Of a DNA stretch of 64,000 nucleotides, positions 18,892-28,294 are shown in pieces. The notes beneath the pieces are model-generated. The model worked only from the letters and a program-made list of their open reading frames with translations, was not told the DNA's origin and did not search any database. The translations under genes and the position numbers were made by a program. Source of the stretch: a virus. The DNA lies in IMG/VR virus record IMGVR_UViG_3300040801_001812, positions 75,527 through 139,526 of that record; one strand, given 5' to 3'. The first letter of the stretch is position 1. The number at the start of each line of letters is the position of its first letter.

Positions 18892-20166
18892 CTACCACCT
18901 ATCGGGGTCTTCATCTCGCCGGAATCCGTCCCAGTTGTCGTCATCATCTTCAGGCCAGAAGTTACGGGTCTGGCCGTTGTCGTGGTTGTCCACGAAGGTC
19001 ATCTGGTCGCCACCGATGTGACGGATCTCACCTTCGATCTCTAGGTCTCCTCGGACCCGGATTTGTGGGGCTTCAAGTTCGATAGCTCGATCTGACGAAA
19101 TTTGGATGTGGTCCAGCCCCTGGATATCCAGCCGGGAGGACACGGCGTCAAAGGTAATCCGTCCGACGACGGTTCCTCCTTCAAGATAAAGGAGCTGGAG
19201 TCGTTGCTCTCCTTCGTCAAGCTCAACAGCCATTCGTGTAGCTTGTAGCTCACGAGCACGACTTTTGGAAAACGTCGTGGCTGGAGAAGTCTGGAGACTA
19301 ATGCTGTCGTTTCCATGCTTACCAGACTCCATTTCTAACCCCGTGCCTGCTCCCGTCATCAGAGAGACGCGTTGGGCCGGGTCAATGAGACTATCAAGCC
19401 CCATAGGCTCTAGCTGGGAGACTGAGTTCATCCCGCGCCGGATGACGCCGTCTTCCTGCAACTCGGTGCTTGCTTCGAACCGAAGCTCAGAGCCGAGACG
19501 GTCAATGAGGAAGAACTCTTCGACCTCATCTCGCTCTTTGACCATCATTGTAGCACCCTTCAGAGTCTTGAAGAACATCTGAATGTCGGGCGTGTGGTCG
19601 AGCATCTCGACTAACTCTAGCGGGATCTCTGGCCCCTGCTCCTCTGTCCAGTGCCCACCGTAGGGTGTGGGTTTCGGGGGGTAGCGGTAGTCGCCCCCTG
19701 GATTGCCGTTCTCATCGAACCCCGGCTCATCCTCATGCTGGGTATTCGGTGGCGTGATTGTCGTCTTTGTGACGCCATAACGCCTACGCCGAGGAGAGTT
19801 GGCGTACCAGCCTCCGAAGTAGAGCGGCTGATCTACGTGACCTCGTTCATAGAGCACAAAAACCCGCGACCCCACAGGGGGCACCGTGAAGGAGCCAAAC
19901 CCCATTCCCGCCCCGGCAGGAAAGAGCGGGTCGCACCACGTGAGATCGAAGGTGGCTGTACGTGGCACATTCGTGTTCGCCACCTGCATCTCGGGGCCGT
20001 CTTCTACTACACGGACAAGCACGCGCCCCCTGCGTTCCGGGTCGCGGGTGTACTCTACAACGCCTCGGCAGATATAAGGGCGGGTGCTATGCCTGCCCTC
20101 CTGAAACATCCAATCAGACACGAAGTTGTGGGCGTTCTCTAGGTCGCGTTTAATGATCTTGTGCAT
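18892..20166 (-). CDS. Baseplate spike protein, gp5/VgrG/gpV OB-fold
   Basis: GVVEYTRDPERRGRVLVRV..WCDP..GFGSFTVPPVGSRVFVLYERG..DQPLYFG. Confidence 0.85.
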   Translation of the reverse strand: MHKIIKRDLENAHNFVSDWMFQEGRHSTRPYICRGVVEYTRDPERRGRVLVRVVEDGPEMQVANTNVPRTATFDLTWCDPLFPAGAGMGFGSFTVPPVGSRVFVLYERGHVDQPLYFGGWYANSPRRRRYGVTKTTITPPNTQHEDEPGFDENGNPGGDYRYPPKPTPYGGHWTEEQGPEIPLELVEMLDHTPDIQMFFKTLKGATMMVKERDEVEEFFLIDRLGSELRFEASTELQEDGVIRRGMNSVSQLEPMGLDSLIDPAQRVSLMTGAGTGLEMESGKHGNDSISLQTSPATTFSKSRARELQATRMAVELDEGEQRLQLLYLEGGTVVGRITFDAVSSRLDIQGLDHIQISSDRAIELEAPQIRVRGDLEIEGEIRHIGGDQMTFVDNHDNGQTRNFWPEDDDDNWDGFRRDEDPDRW

Positions 20167-21705
20167 TTACGCCCCCAACCTGTCCAAGCTCTCCTCGTCC
20201 ATCGTTTCGATCAAAGTGTTGTACAGCGCCTTGGTCGCCGTACCCCCCTTACCGTACGAGCCATTTCGAACTAAATCTAAGCTCGTAGTATACATCCCGC
20301 TAGCAATCTGATGGACTACCCCGCGTACCTGCCACATACTTGATGTCCAATGGATCCGGAACTCATCGTTCTCAGCCGGAACGAACACATAAACAGCAAC
20401 CAGCGAGGGGGGTTGGATGTAAGGGTCACCAAAGATCTGGAGCGTGGCTCGGTTCACGTACTTGTGGGCTGACAGCCAAACGTTCATGTACTCGCGATCA
20501 GCGAAAAAGCGGTTATTAACCGGGGAAACATGCTCTACACTAGGGGCGTCTGGGTCACTTTTTTCCTGAGGAGCGACCTGTTGGGGTCCAGTAGTCGCCC
20601 CCTCGATGACCCCGTCTTCCTCTTCTTTTTCAGGTTCACCTTCCTGTAGCGTACCCAACTCGGCCAGGGTCATACCGGTAGTCGGACGACGGTGACCGAA
20701 GTACTTAACCTTCCGGTCAACTTCAGAGTACGAATGGAAAGCCATCTCCCCATGTCGGGCATCGTCATTTCGGGTGTAAACCCCGGCAGCACCAGACGAT
20801 ACAACCACCTGGGCAAGCAACGTCGGTGCAAAAGCCAAAACATCCGAATGTGGATCCCGCATGTAAACGTACTTCCGTTCAGGACGGATCATCATGTCCT
20901 CAGGGCCGAAGTAAAGGTACCCCTTCACATTCCCTGGGCGAAGACCACCTTCAGTGCGTTGCCCATCGGCCCGGTATTCTAGCCTACACGAGAACCCCTG
21001 GTACTTCGGTCCTTGCGGTCGTGAGTACCCACACAACCTCTGAATGAACGCGTAGGGGTCTTCCCCCGGACGCATCTTGAACCCCCGAGGAGCTTCTTCC
21101 GTACTTTCGACGGACTGCCCGGTGTCGAGGAGAAGTTCTGGGCGCTTATCTTCGGGTAGCTCCTCCACCTCTTCAGGCTCTAACATCGGGCGGAATTCCC
21201 ACCCCTGGTGATCGCACACACGCTTCACAATGTCATAAATGCTCGCCGAGTAGAACGTACGCTTGTCAACAGCGTAGTTCATTTTTCCACTACGCAGTGA
21301 GTAACCCTCGATGGTGTAAGACGTTCCGTGTGGTTGATACTCTGGGGTAAACCGGGCAACCGTTCCTACGTAGTACTCCTCCCCGCTAGGCGGATTGGAG
21401 AGCACTTTTCCGTCTTGCGAAACGTACCCATACTTGAACATGGCCCCTGTCGTTATTTCTTTTTCCGCACCATCGCCCTCTTGCTCACGTGCCCGCGCCA
21501 AGTCGAAAATTAGCTCTTCCACCTCAGTGTACGCAGGGTCAAAAACCTCAAGAACCCAGGATCCTTTTCCATACAGGGAAACTGTGTGCGTGAAGGAAAC
21601 TAACTCACGGGGCCGACCATCGCTACTACGCAGCAGGTCAACGCCCCCGAGGAAGAACTCCACGAAGGGTGTGTAGGTCTGGTACATGGCTGGGCGTTCA
21701 GGCAT
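20167..21705 (-). CDS. Baseplate hub protein (gp27 / late control D-like)
   Basis: ATLQIFGDPYIQP, WQVRGVVHQI..GMYTTSLDLVR; synteny between the LysM-like and spike genes. Confidence 0.7.
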   Translation of the reverse strand: MPERPAMYQTYTPFVEFFLGGVDLLRSSDGRPRELVSFTHTVSLYGKGSWVLEVFDPAYTEVEELIFDLARAREQEGDGAEKEITTGAMFKYGYVSQDGKVLSNPPSGEEYYVGTVARFTPEYQPHGTSYTIEGYSLRSGKMNYAVDKRTFYSASIYDIVKRVCDHQGWEFRPMLEPEEVEELPEDKRPELLLDTGQSVESTEEAPRGFKMRPGEDPYAFIQRLCGYSRPQGPKYQGFSCRLEYRADGQRTEGGLRPGNVKGYLYFGPEDMMIRPERKYVYMRDPHSDVLAFAPTLLAQVVVSSGAAGVYTRNDDARHGEMAFHSYSEVDRKVKYFGHRRPTTGMTLAELGTLQEGEPEKEEEDGVIEGATTGPQQVAPQEKSDPDAPSVEHVSPVNNRFFADREYMNVWLSAHKYVNRATLQIFGDPYIQPPSLVAVYVFVPAENDEFRIHWTSSMWQVRGVVHQIASGMYTTSLDLVRNGSYGKGGTATKALYNTLIETMDEESLDRLGA

Positions 21706-22067
21706 TAGGCTTTCACTCCAAACTCAGCAAGACGCCGAAGGGTCGGGATCCGCAACGTCATACCAGGATACATCTGCTCGAAAGGATCGTTGATCCCGTT
21801 AACCCACAGGATAACCCAATAGTACGCCGGGGTCTTGTAGTGCATATACGAAATGAGGTCTGGACGCGCCACGTGACCAGCCTCTAGGATGTATAGGCTA
21901 TCCGTAGAGTGGGGAGGGATCTCTACAGGAGGGAACGTACCAAGGAAATACCGCCCCTCAGCGTCCTGGTAGGCCCAGGACTTCTCGTAACGACCTGGGC
22001 TGTGTCTCTTAGCCTGTGGGATCTTTCCCTTCGTTAGAGGCGTCAGGAGCGTTTTTGTGATAGGCAT
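21705..22067 (-). CDS. gp53 / LysM-like baseplate protein
   Basis: RPDLISY..Y..YYWVILWVNGINDPF..GMTLRIP. Confidence 0.85.
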   Translation of the reverse strand: MPITKTLLTPLTKGKIPQAKRHSPGRYEKSWAYQDAEGRYFLGTFPPVEIPPHSTDSLYILEAGHVARPDLISYMHYKTPAYYWVILWVNGINDPFEQMYPGMTLRIPTLRRLAEFGVKA

Positions 22068-22068
22068 A

Positions 22069-22677
22069 CTACACCACCAGTGGGATATCTACGTACTGGG
22101 TAGAACCGCTCTGTTCGAAACGTTGGTTTTCCCCGGATTTCGCTTGAGCGTGATCGTGCGGATGGCCGATCTCGTCCTCGTTCATACCGTACTCCTGGAA
22201 TTGACAGTCCACTTGAGCACGGAACGGGGTAGCTGTTGATTCCGTGAACGCCCACGGACCCATCCACGCGGTGTTAACCGACGTCATAACCGCCTGCATC
22301 CCGATAGCCACCCCAACAACCACGAGTAGCCGATGGGGCGGGTAGACAAAGCCGTCCTCGTACTCGGGGTAAACCTTGGACTCTAGCCAGCGTACTTGCT
22401 CAACTATCCACTCAGGGGAGTATTTCCCAGACGGGTGGGTGGCTGTGAACTGGAGGCTCAGCCCCATCGCTCTGGATGTCGATGAACCGTACCCAAGTAG
22501 AGGAAGACTCCGTCCTACGATAGGTACCTCGTGGTACATTGCGCTCTTGTTCTCAGAGATGATATCTGGCATGAGCTGGAATTCAAGCCTATCGTCCCCG
22601 TCTAAATCGAGGATGAAGCAATACGCCTCAGGCGATAATACCCGTGCGTGCCCCCGCCCGCCATCATAGTCAGCCAT
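22069..22677 (-). CDS. Tail tube initiator / contractile-system tube-like protein
   Basis: FQLMPD.ISE.KSA.Y..VPIVGRS.P; YP.Y..PPH.LLV; follows the tape measure gene. Confidence 0.7.
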   Translation of the reverse strand: MADYDGGRGHARVLSPEAYCFILDLDGDDRLEFQLMPDIISENKSAMYHEVPIVGRSLPLLGYGSSTSRAMGLSLQFTATHPSGKYSPEWIVEQVRWLESKVYPEYEDGFVYPPHRLLVVVGVAIGMQAVMTSVNTAWMGPWAFTESTATPFRAQVDCQFQEYGMNEDEIGHPHDHAQAKSGENQRFEQSGSTQYVDIPLVV

Positions 22678-25400
22678 TAGCCTCTTCCTTCACGGCGCAT
22701 CAGGAACCTGTCGCCGTCCTCATAGTTGCCCCGGACAAACTTCTCTTGAGATTTTTTCTCTGGAGTACCTGTGACAGTAGGGGGCGCTGCTGTGTTGTTT
22801 GCAATTCGCATAAGCAACTGCTTCATCTCGCGTTGAAGACCAGTCTGCTTAGCCGATTCTGGGTTCTCCAAGGTAACGGACATTTCCTGAATCTGACGAA
22901 CAGTGTCTGCGGCAGCGGCTTTCATCGCCTCTATCTCAGCAGTAACATCAGACTGCCCGACAGCAGGGGTCGCCATCTTTTCAGGAACTGAAACCACGGG
23001 AACAGTTTCTTGGGCAGCTTCCGAAATCTCAGTAATAGTGGGTACTGTCTCTCTAACCACGGGAACAGTTTCTTGGGCAGCTTCCGAAATCCCAGTAGCG
23101 GAAACTGTTTCTTCAGAACGCTTCTTGAGCGTGTTTGCAATAGCTTGGTCAGTTAAACCAGCTTCCCTCATCGCAGAAATTTCAGTCGCAAGATCAGCAA
23201 CTTCAGGAGAATTCACTACGTCATTGAGTGTAGGGGACTCTATAGTGGGGGCATCCTCCTCCCCACCAAACAAGCCTTTAGCCCAACCAAGTAGCCCCGT
23301 AGTGGCCCGCGCCCCCTCTTCCATAACCACACCCGGAGCCATTTTCCCACCCGCATAGATATCCTTGAAAGCGTTTTTACCTTCTTCAAACGCCCGTTTT
23401 TCTGCGAGCTGAATTTCAGTGTCCGTAAGCCCCTCTGATTTCAGTCGGTCACGAACCTTAGCCAAGTCTTCGGGGGCTACAACATCCTCCATACTCTGTG
23501 CCCCGTGGAATTTGTTGAGAGCGTACGCCCCGGTAGCCCCCCGGATAGCCGTGTGCTCAAGGAACCCACCTTCAAGTGCCTTCCCAAAAGCACCCGCTCC
23601 AGGGACATCTAGCTTACCGACAGCCCCACCAATAGCTTTCGAAGCAGTAACCGCAGCCTCACCGGACACGACTCCCGCAACACCGGAAGACCACAGACCC
23701 CCAGAAGCTCGGTCCTGTTCGATGAACCACTGTGCCATCCCGCCCACAGCAGCGTCAAAACCTTCGACCGCGTCAGAGAAGATATTGACAGTCTTCTCAC
23801 CAGGGATGATAAGTCCTTCTTGGAGACTGCCCATGAGCTGCTCGGTACGTTCCGCAGCCGTATCACGAATCATTGCCTCACTTAGCTCAAGAGTACCTGC
23901 TGCCTTTTCATCAGCCGCTGCTACTAACTCTTGGGCAGTCCCCCCTGTTCCTTCCCCAGTCGTACGAACACCCTCCTGCATACGCAGAAGCATCTCAGGA
24001 CTCAACCCAGTCATTTCTTGGAAAGCCCCACGTTCAACAGCATCCCGCATATTAAGTTCGCCGAAAACCTTTGGTAGGGCTGTCGTTAGCGTGTCGATAA
24101 GACGCGCTTGCCCATTCGGGTCATTCATGATGTCTTGGACATCTACGTTCATCCCCGCAGCATCAAAAATACCCTGCATCCGGGCAACCTGCTCAGGGCT
24201 GTCATACAGTTGTTGCATCAACTCGGCTGGAGTACTGGCATCCAACCCCATGGTCTTCGCGGAAGCCGCAGCAGCCATAGACGACTCAACAAAGGCTGTT
24301 CGAGCGTCTCGGCTGAACATGATCATCTGGTCACCAGCCTGCTGAAGTACTCCGAACAACTCGGGCAGTTCAGCCGCCGTGTTGTGAGCCAAATACGCCA
24401 TCTCATCCATGGCTTTTGTAAACTCTTCGGGGGTGAGTGCTCCAAGACGGGTGGTCTGGTCATAGAGCATAGCAAGCTCTTCGCCCGCAAGACCTGTGGC
24501 CTTCTGCAACCCGTAAATCTCGTCAATAAGCGGGGCCATGACGTCATTCGGAACAGCCCGCAATTGCATGAATACGTCCATAAGGGGCTGAACGTTAGAC
24601 ATGGTGGTGTTCGCTTGGACTGTCACATCTTGGAGAAGCTCGGGCATATCTCCCCAGATATCCGTTCCACGCATCCGCGCTGCTTCGATCTGTCGCTCCT
24701 GCACTTCAGAACCGATCACACCCAACGTACCCGCTGACGCGACATTTACCGCGTCTCGGATGCCCATAGTGACCTCGTCCACAGCTTCTGTGACGCCCTG
24801 AACACGGCTCTTCATTCGCTCGACTACCCCACCGCCGTCTTCGAGCATCTTCAGCCGGTCTTCTTCCAGCTTGTTGATGTCCTCCAACGTGTCTGGGTAG
24901 TCGTCAAGTGTGGCGTGCAAATTCTCAAACGCCGGGATAACCTTCGTGTTAAGGCTGTCGTGCGCTACTGCGGAGATAGACCGCGCTTTGCTCGATACCG
25001 CTTTCTGGGTGCTGGCCATCCCCTTGAAGGTTCGGTTTAGCTTGCCTAGATCGTCATCCAGTTCCCCCATCTTGCTCGACGCACCCTGAGAGTACATCGA
25101 GTCTTCGATGGCTTGTCCAATCTTCTGAGAACTCTGGGTTGCCGTGTCCCCGGTCTCACGGAAGGACTCTGCGACACCGTCAAGTTCTTTTTTCAGTGAG
25201 GCAGTGCTCTCCTGTACGTCGCTAGACATCTTAGACGCAGAAGAACCGACCTTCCCGCCACCCTGCTGAATCTCATCCACCATTTGGGAGACGGCTTCAC
25301 GGGTAGTGCGGGAATGTCGTTCGATCTTCTGAAGCTCAGGCGTGACCTTATCGTCTAGCTGCGCCTTCATCGAAAGGGATTGGTCGAGATCCGGTGTCAC
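22677..25400 (-). CDS. Tape measure protein
   Basis: 907 aa, helical A/E/M-rich; N-terminal AQLDDKVTPELQKI; located between chaperone and tube initiator. Confidence 0.75.
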   Translation of the reverse strand: MTPDLDQSLSMKAQLDDKVTPELQKIERHSRTTREAVSQMVDEIQQGGGKVGSSASKMSSDVQESTASLKKELDGVAESFRETGDTATQSSQKIGQAIEDSMYSQGASSKMGELDDDLGKLNRTFKGMASTQKAVSSKARSISAVAHDSLNTKVIPAFENLHATLDDYPDTLEDINKLEEDRLKMLEDGGGVVERMKSRVQGVTEAVDEVTMGIRDAVNVASAGTLGVIGSEVQERQIEAARMRGTDIWGDMPELLQDVTVQANTTMSNVQPLMDVFMQLRAVPNDVMAPLIDEIYGLQKATGLAGEELAMLYDQTTRLGALTPEEFTKAMDEMAYLAHNTAAELPELFGVLQQAGDQMIMFSRDARTAFVESSMAAAASAKTMGLDASTPAELMQQLYDSPEQVARMQGIFDAAGMNVDVQDIMNDPNGQARLIDTLTTALPKVFGELNMRDAVERGAFQEMTGLSPEMLLRMQEGVRTTGEGTGGTAQELVAAADEKAAGTLELSEAMIRDTAAERTEQLMGSLQEGLIIPGEKTVNIFSDAVEGFDAAVGGMAQWFIEQDRASGGLWSSGVAGVVSGEAAVTASKAIGGAVGKLDVPGAGAFGKALEGGFLEHTAIRGATGAYALNKFHGAQSMEDVVAPEDLAKVRDRLKSEGLTDTEIQLAEKRAFEEGKNAFKDIYAGGKMAPGVVMEEGARATTGLLGWAKGLFGGEEDAPTIESPTLNDVVNSPEVADLATEISAMREAGLTDQAIANTLKKRSEETVSATGISEAAQETVPVVRETVPTITEISEAAQETVPVVSVPEKMATPAVGQSDVTAEIEAMKAAAADTVRQIQEMSVTLENPESAKQTGLQREMKQLLMRIANNTAAPPTVTGTPEKKSQEKFVRGNYEDGDRFLMRREGRG
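22992..23091. repeat. 37-bp exact direct repeat (63-bp period) encoding ISEAAQETVPVV twice
   Basis: aaccacgggaacagtttcttgggcagcttccgaaatc at 22992-23028 and 23055-23091. Confidence 0.9.
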
Positions 25401-25403
25401 GGC

Positions 25404-25662
25404 TTACTCCAAAGGAGGAGGCTCTTTAGCGCCTCCTGCTGCTCGTTTGATCACTCCTGCTGACGCGCCGAGGAGCATGGCGTCGAGCTTGAGCTTCTCC
25501 AACGCCGCTTCCGACTCCTTCACCTCGATCAGCTTCTTGTGGTGGTACGTCAGTTCCGCTAGGTCCATCGTCATGATCTCCTGGTTGCTCATCCCCAGGT
25601 AGTACATCAGGTCGAACTTCATCGCCCACTGGTCCTTCAAGCTCCTCATCTGAGAGGCGAAA
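25404..25662 (-). CDS. Tail chaperone second-frame segment (gpT-like), likely reached by +1 frameshift or internal start
   Basis: FDLMYYLGMSNQEIMTMDLAELTYHHKKLIEVKE; +1 frame relative to the upstream gene; ends just before the tape measure start. Confidence 0.55.
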
Positions 25663-26445
25663 GAAGTTCGCCGTGAACGGCAGGTCTCCCTCTTGAACAA
25701 AACCACACTCGTCGCACACGAGCGTCACGTCGGTGCTGATCCCCGGTGTGTAGTACGACACCTTCGCTCGGAGGTACTGAACGTCCTTGGCCGGGAGCGA
25801 GAGGATGAAAGCCAATAGCTTCTGCTCCGGTGCGTTAGTGACGTCCTTCCCATCCACCTTGAGGATCTGGCGAGCCAGCCGGAAAGCCGGAACGGTGTTC
25901 TCGACCATGATGCCCTGCTTCTTCTGAGCCTCTAGGCCCTTGGCATACCGCTCGATAACCGGCTCGTCGTACCCGCGCATGAGCCTGAAAGAGATCTCCC
26001 GTTGAGTCTCAGGCAGGCGCACAGTGAACGGCTCCGTGTCATCATCCGCAAGGTACTTCATCTGAAAGTCATCGGGGATGTGCACCGTCTTGGTGTTCTT
26101 GTGACCGCATGTCTCACGCATGGTCTTCCGGGCAGGGCACGTCCAGGTGAACGTGTACTCAGGACCGTAAGAGATCGCACGAAGCATGAGGAAGAGGAAG
26201 AACTTATCACTGCCGATAAGGCTGTTAACTTCTATGGTTTCGGCGATGCAGCGCTTCAACATACGGTCGATGGAATCACCACCGGGGTTATTGAAGATGG
26301 CCTCTTCGACCATGGTCATTGGGGAAAGACTCAGCTTCCCAGAGTGCATCGGAGTACCCTTCGGGTACAGGATCCCACGGGATGGTAGACTCACCGAAAC
26401 GGTGGTCTTCGGGATCGGCTCCAAGAAATCATACTCATTCGCCAT
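25426..26445 (-). CDS. Baseplate hub / tail assembly chaperone (T4 gp26/gp51-like)
   Basis: LPSRG..Y, MTMVEE, DKFFLFLMLRAISYGPEY, two Cys pairs (CP..CG, CDECG), PFTANFF. Confidence 0.75.
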   Translation of the reverse strand: MANEYDFLEPIPKTTVSVSLPSRGILYPKGTPMHSGKLSLSPMTMVEEAIFNNPGGDSIDRMLKRCIAETIEVNSLIGSDKFFLFLMLRAISYGPEYTFTWTCPARKTMRETCGHKNTKTVHIPDDFQMKYLADDDTEPFTVRLPETQREISFRLMRGYDEPVIERYAKGLEAQKKQGIMVENTVPAFRLARQILKVDGKDVTNAPEQKLLAFILSLPAKDVQYLRAKVSYYTPGISTDVTLVCDECGFVQEGDLPFTANFFRLSDEELEGPVGDEVRPDVLPGDEQPGDHDDGPSGTDVPPQEADRGEGVGSGVGEAQARRHAPRRVSRSDQTSSRRR

Positions 26446-26479
26446 TGTGTCCTCCTAATCAGGATTGGTTGGTTATTGC

Positions 26480-26521
26480 AAAAATACAGCCTGCCTCTTA
26501 TCGGAAAAAGAAGGCAGGCTG
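26480..26521 (-). terminator. Intrinsic terminator after the tail tube gene
   Basis: CAGCCTGCCT / AGGCAGGCTG 10-bp stem followed by TATTTTT. Confidence 0.75.
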
Positions 26522-26561
26522 AAAGTTCTTATAAAGAGAGAGAGAGTCGAACAACGTCACA

Positions 26562-27104
26562 TTAGACCGATACGAACAACGGAACTGCCTTGTCGAACTG
26601 GAATGTCACGTTCAGGCGCATGATATCACCGTTGATATGCGATGGGGCTTCCTGTGAGATGTCTTGCGGCCAGACACCGATAAGTTCCCAAGATCGAGAA
26701 ATTGAACCCTTAGTGTCGTACATCGTCAGGGTACCGTGGCTCTTGTAATCCGCAGCATATCCGATTTCAGAAGTGAGCGGGTTGTACACGAGGTTGGACC
26801 ACGCTTCGATCATTGCGTAGACACCCATGTTGACCATGTCACGGTACACCACCGGTCCCGGTGCGTAGAGTGGCCGACCAGCGATATACACGGTTTCGTT
26901 CATGTAGGGGAGCTGGAGAGGTTCACTGTTGTGGCTAACCCCGAGCGCGGTTTCGACAGACTTCAAGAGGATTTCTGCATCGCCTGCGGGAGGAGAAATG
27001 AGCAGCTCAAAGTTATGTCCTCTCTGTGGCTCGTACCCACCGCCTGGATTGGCGATGTGCTTGGCTCCCAGAAGATCAGATCCGATTGGTTCCCAGTAAG
27101 GCAT
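26562..27104 (-). CDS. gp19: Tail tube protein (gp19-like)
   Basis: EPQR..NF, YMN..YIAGR, YRD, W..LVY, GYAADYK, W.L.GVWP, VTFQFD. Confidence 0.85.
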   Translation of the reverse strand: MPYWEPIGSDLLGAKHIANPGGGYEPQRGHNFELLISPPAGDAEILLKSVETALGVSHNSEPLQLPYMNETVYIAGRPLYAPGPVVYRDMVNMGVYAMIEAWSNLVYNPLTSEIGYAADYKSHGTLTMYDTKGSISRSWELIGVWPQDISQEAPSHINGDIMRLNVTFQFDKAVPLFVSV

Positions 27105-27134
27105 GTTAAGAACCCTCCTATGTAGTTCACATCA

Positions 27135-27140
27135 AATAAA
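27135..27140 (-). promoter_or_regulatory. Putative late promoter motif TTTATT
   Basis: GGCTCTTTATTTG upstream of the tube SD; GGCTCTTTATTT is shared with the copy at 30561. Confidence 0.65.
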
Positions 27141-27153
27141 GAGCCTTCAAGGG

Positions 27154-28290
27154 CTACACCCTAAGAAGACTTTCAACCAATCTACTGATGATTTCCTCTC
27201 GTGATTCAGCACGCATGAGGGACATCCGCAGACGGTGGTTCGATTTCCTCGCTTTCTTCCCGGCTTCCATGTAGTGGTGAGCCGGTAGGTCAATAGGCGT
27301 TTCCTGTTTTGGGGCATTTACAGCCCGCTTCAGGGAGTGGTAGTGATCCGTTTCGTGCCGTAGGCTGTTCAACCCAGCCCCAGCGAAGGCCCCGAGTGTC
27401 GTTCCAACTTTGGGCGCGTGCTTACGGACGTACCGATGAGGAGACCCTGCTGCCAGCATTTGGCCTGCAACGTGCCCTGCAACCGCTCCAGCAGCGATCC
27501 GGACACCAGAGCGCCCAATACGTTGCTTGTTGTAGGCAAGACGCTTAGAGGGGCTTGCTTGCACGCTACGCTCGGACTTCATCATCTGGTTCTGAAGCAT
27601 GTCTTCCCGCTTCTTGAACCATTTGGCGAAGCTCTTCTTACGCTTACTTACCTTTTTTACGTAAGGGTGGAGCTTAGAGCGAATTCCAACATAGCGAAAA
27701 CGACGACGCTTCCGTTGGAACCCGGTGATTTGCTTGGGCAGCTCATGAGAACGGCGGGACTCTGTCATCCGCACCATGCGCGGGGCGTCCCCAGCCTCTT
27801 CATCGCCGTAGTAGACAGGGCTGTTGGTACGCTGCACCGGCATGGCGGCATAGTTATGCTGGGGATACACATCGTACCCACGGTAACGAGCTTCCTTGTT
27901 GGCCCGGATCTTTTGCCGCATGGCCCGAACTTTCTTGATCGCGTAGCCCGTAGCAAGTGCTCCCGTAAGAGCCACACCAGCGCGAATAGCCGTTCCTCGA
28001 AGCGCGTCGTTCCGTACAGCAGCCATCTTGTTGTAGTGACGGTCCTGCATAGCCACCCGGTTAGCCAACTTGCGCTGCTGCACGACACCAAGAGGCATCG
28101 TGCGTAGGTGACTCTGTCTGGTGAGATGATCCATGCGACGTTGGCGATCCCCAAGGTACTTGGTGGCCCTGCGGTAGCGGCCAACGTCTCTTCCAGCAGC
28201 ACGGAACTGCTGCCCAGGATAACGGGCAGCAGAAGCCAGGGACTGTCTCCAGCCCCCGGCTTCAGCGAGAGTAGTCGTACGGCCCGACAT
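27154..28290 (-). CDS. Highly basic protein with Gly-zipper-like hydrophobic segments, inserted between sheath and tube
   Basis: R/K-rich; N-terminal MSGRTTTLAE|AGG; GAVAGHVAG and GTTLGAFAGAG segments. Confidence 0.7.
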   Translation of the reverse strand: MSGRTTTLAEAGGWRQSLASAARYPGQQFRAAGRDVGRYRRATKYLGDRQRRMDHLTRQSHLRTMPLGVVQQRKLANRVAMQDRHYNKMAAVRNDALRGTAIRAGVALTGALATGYAIKKVRAMRQKIRANKEARYRGYDVYPQHNYAAMPVQRTNSPVYYGDEEAGDAPRMVRMTESRRSHELPKQITGFQRKRRRFRYVGIRSKLHPYVKKVSKRKKSFAKWFKKREDMLQNQMMKSERSVQASPSKRLAYNKQRIGRSGVRIAAGAVAGHVAGQMLAAGSPHRYVRKHAPKVGTTLGAFAGAGLNSLRHETDHYHSLKRAVNAPKQETPIDLPAHHYMEAGKKARKSNHRLRMSLMRAESREEIISRLVESLLRV

Positions 28291-28294
28291 GGGC

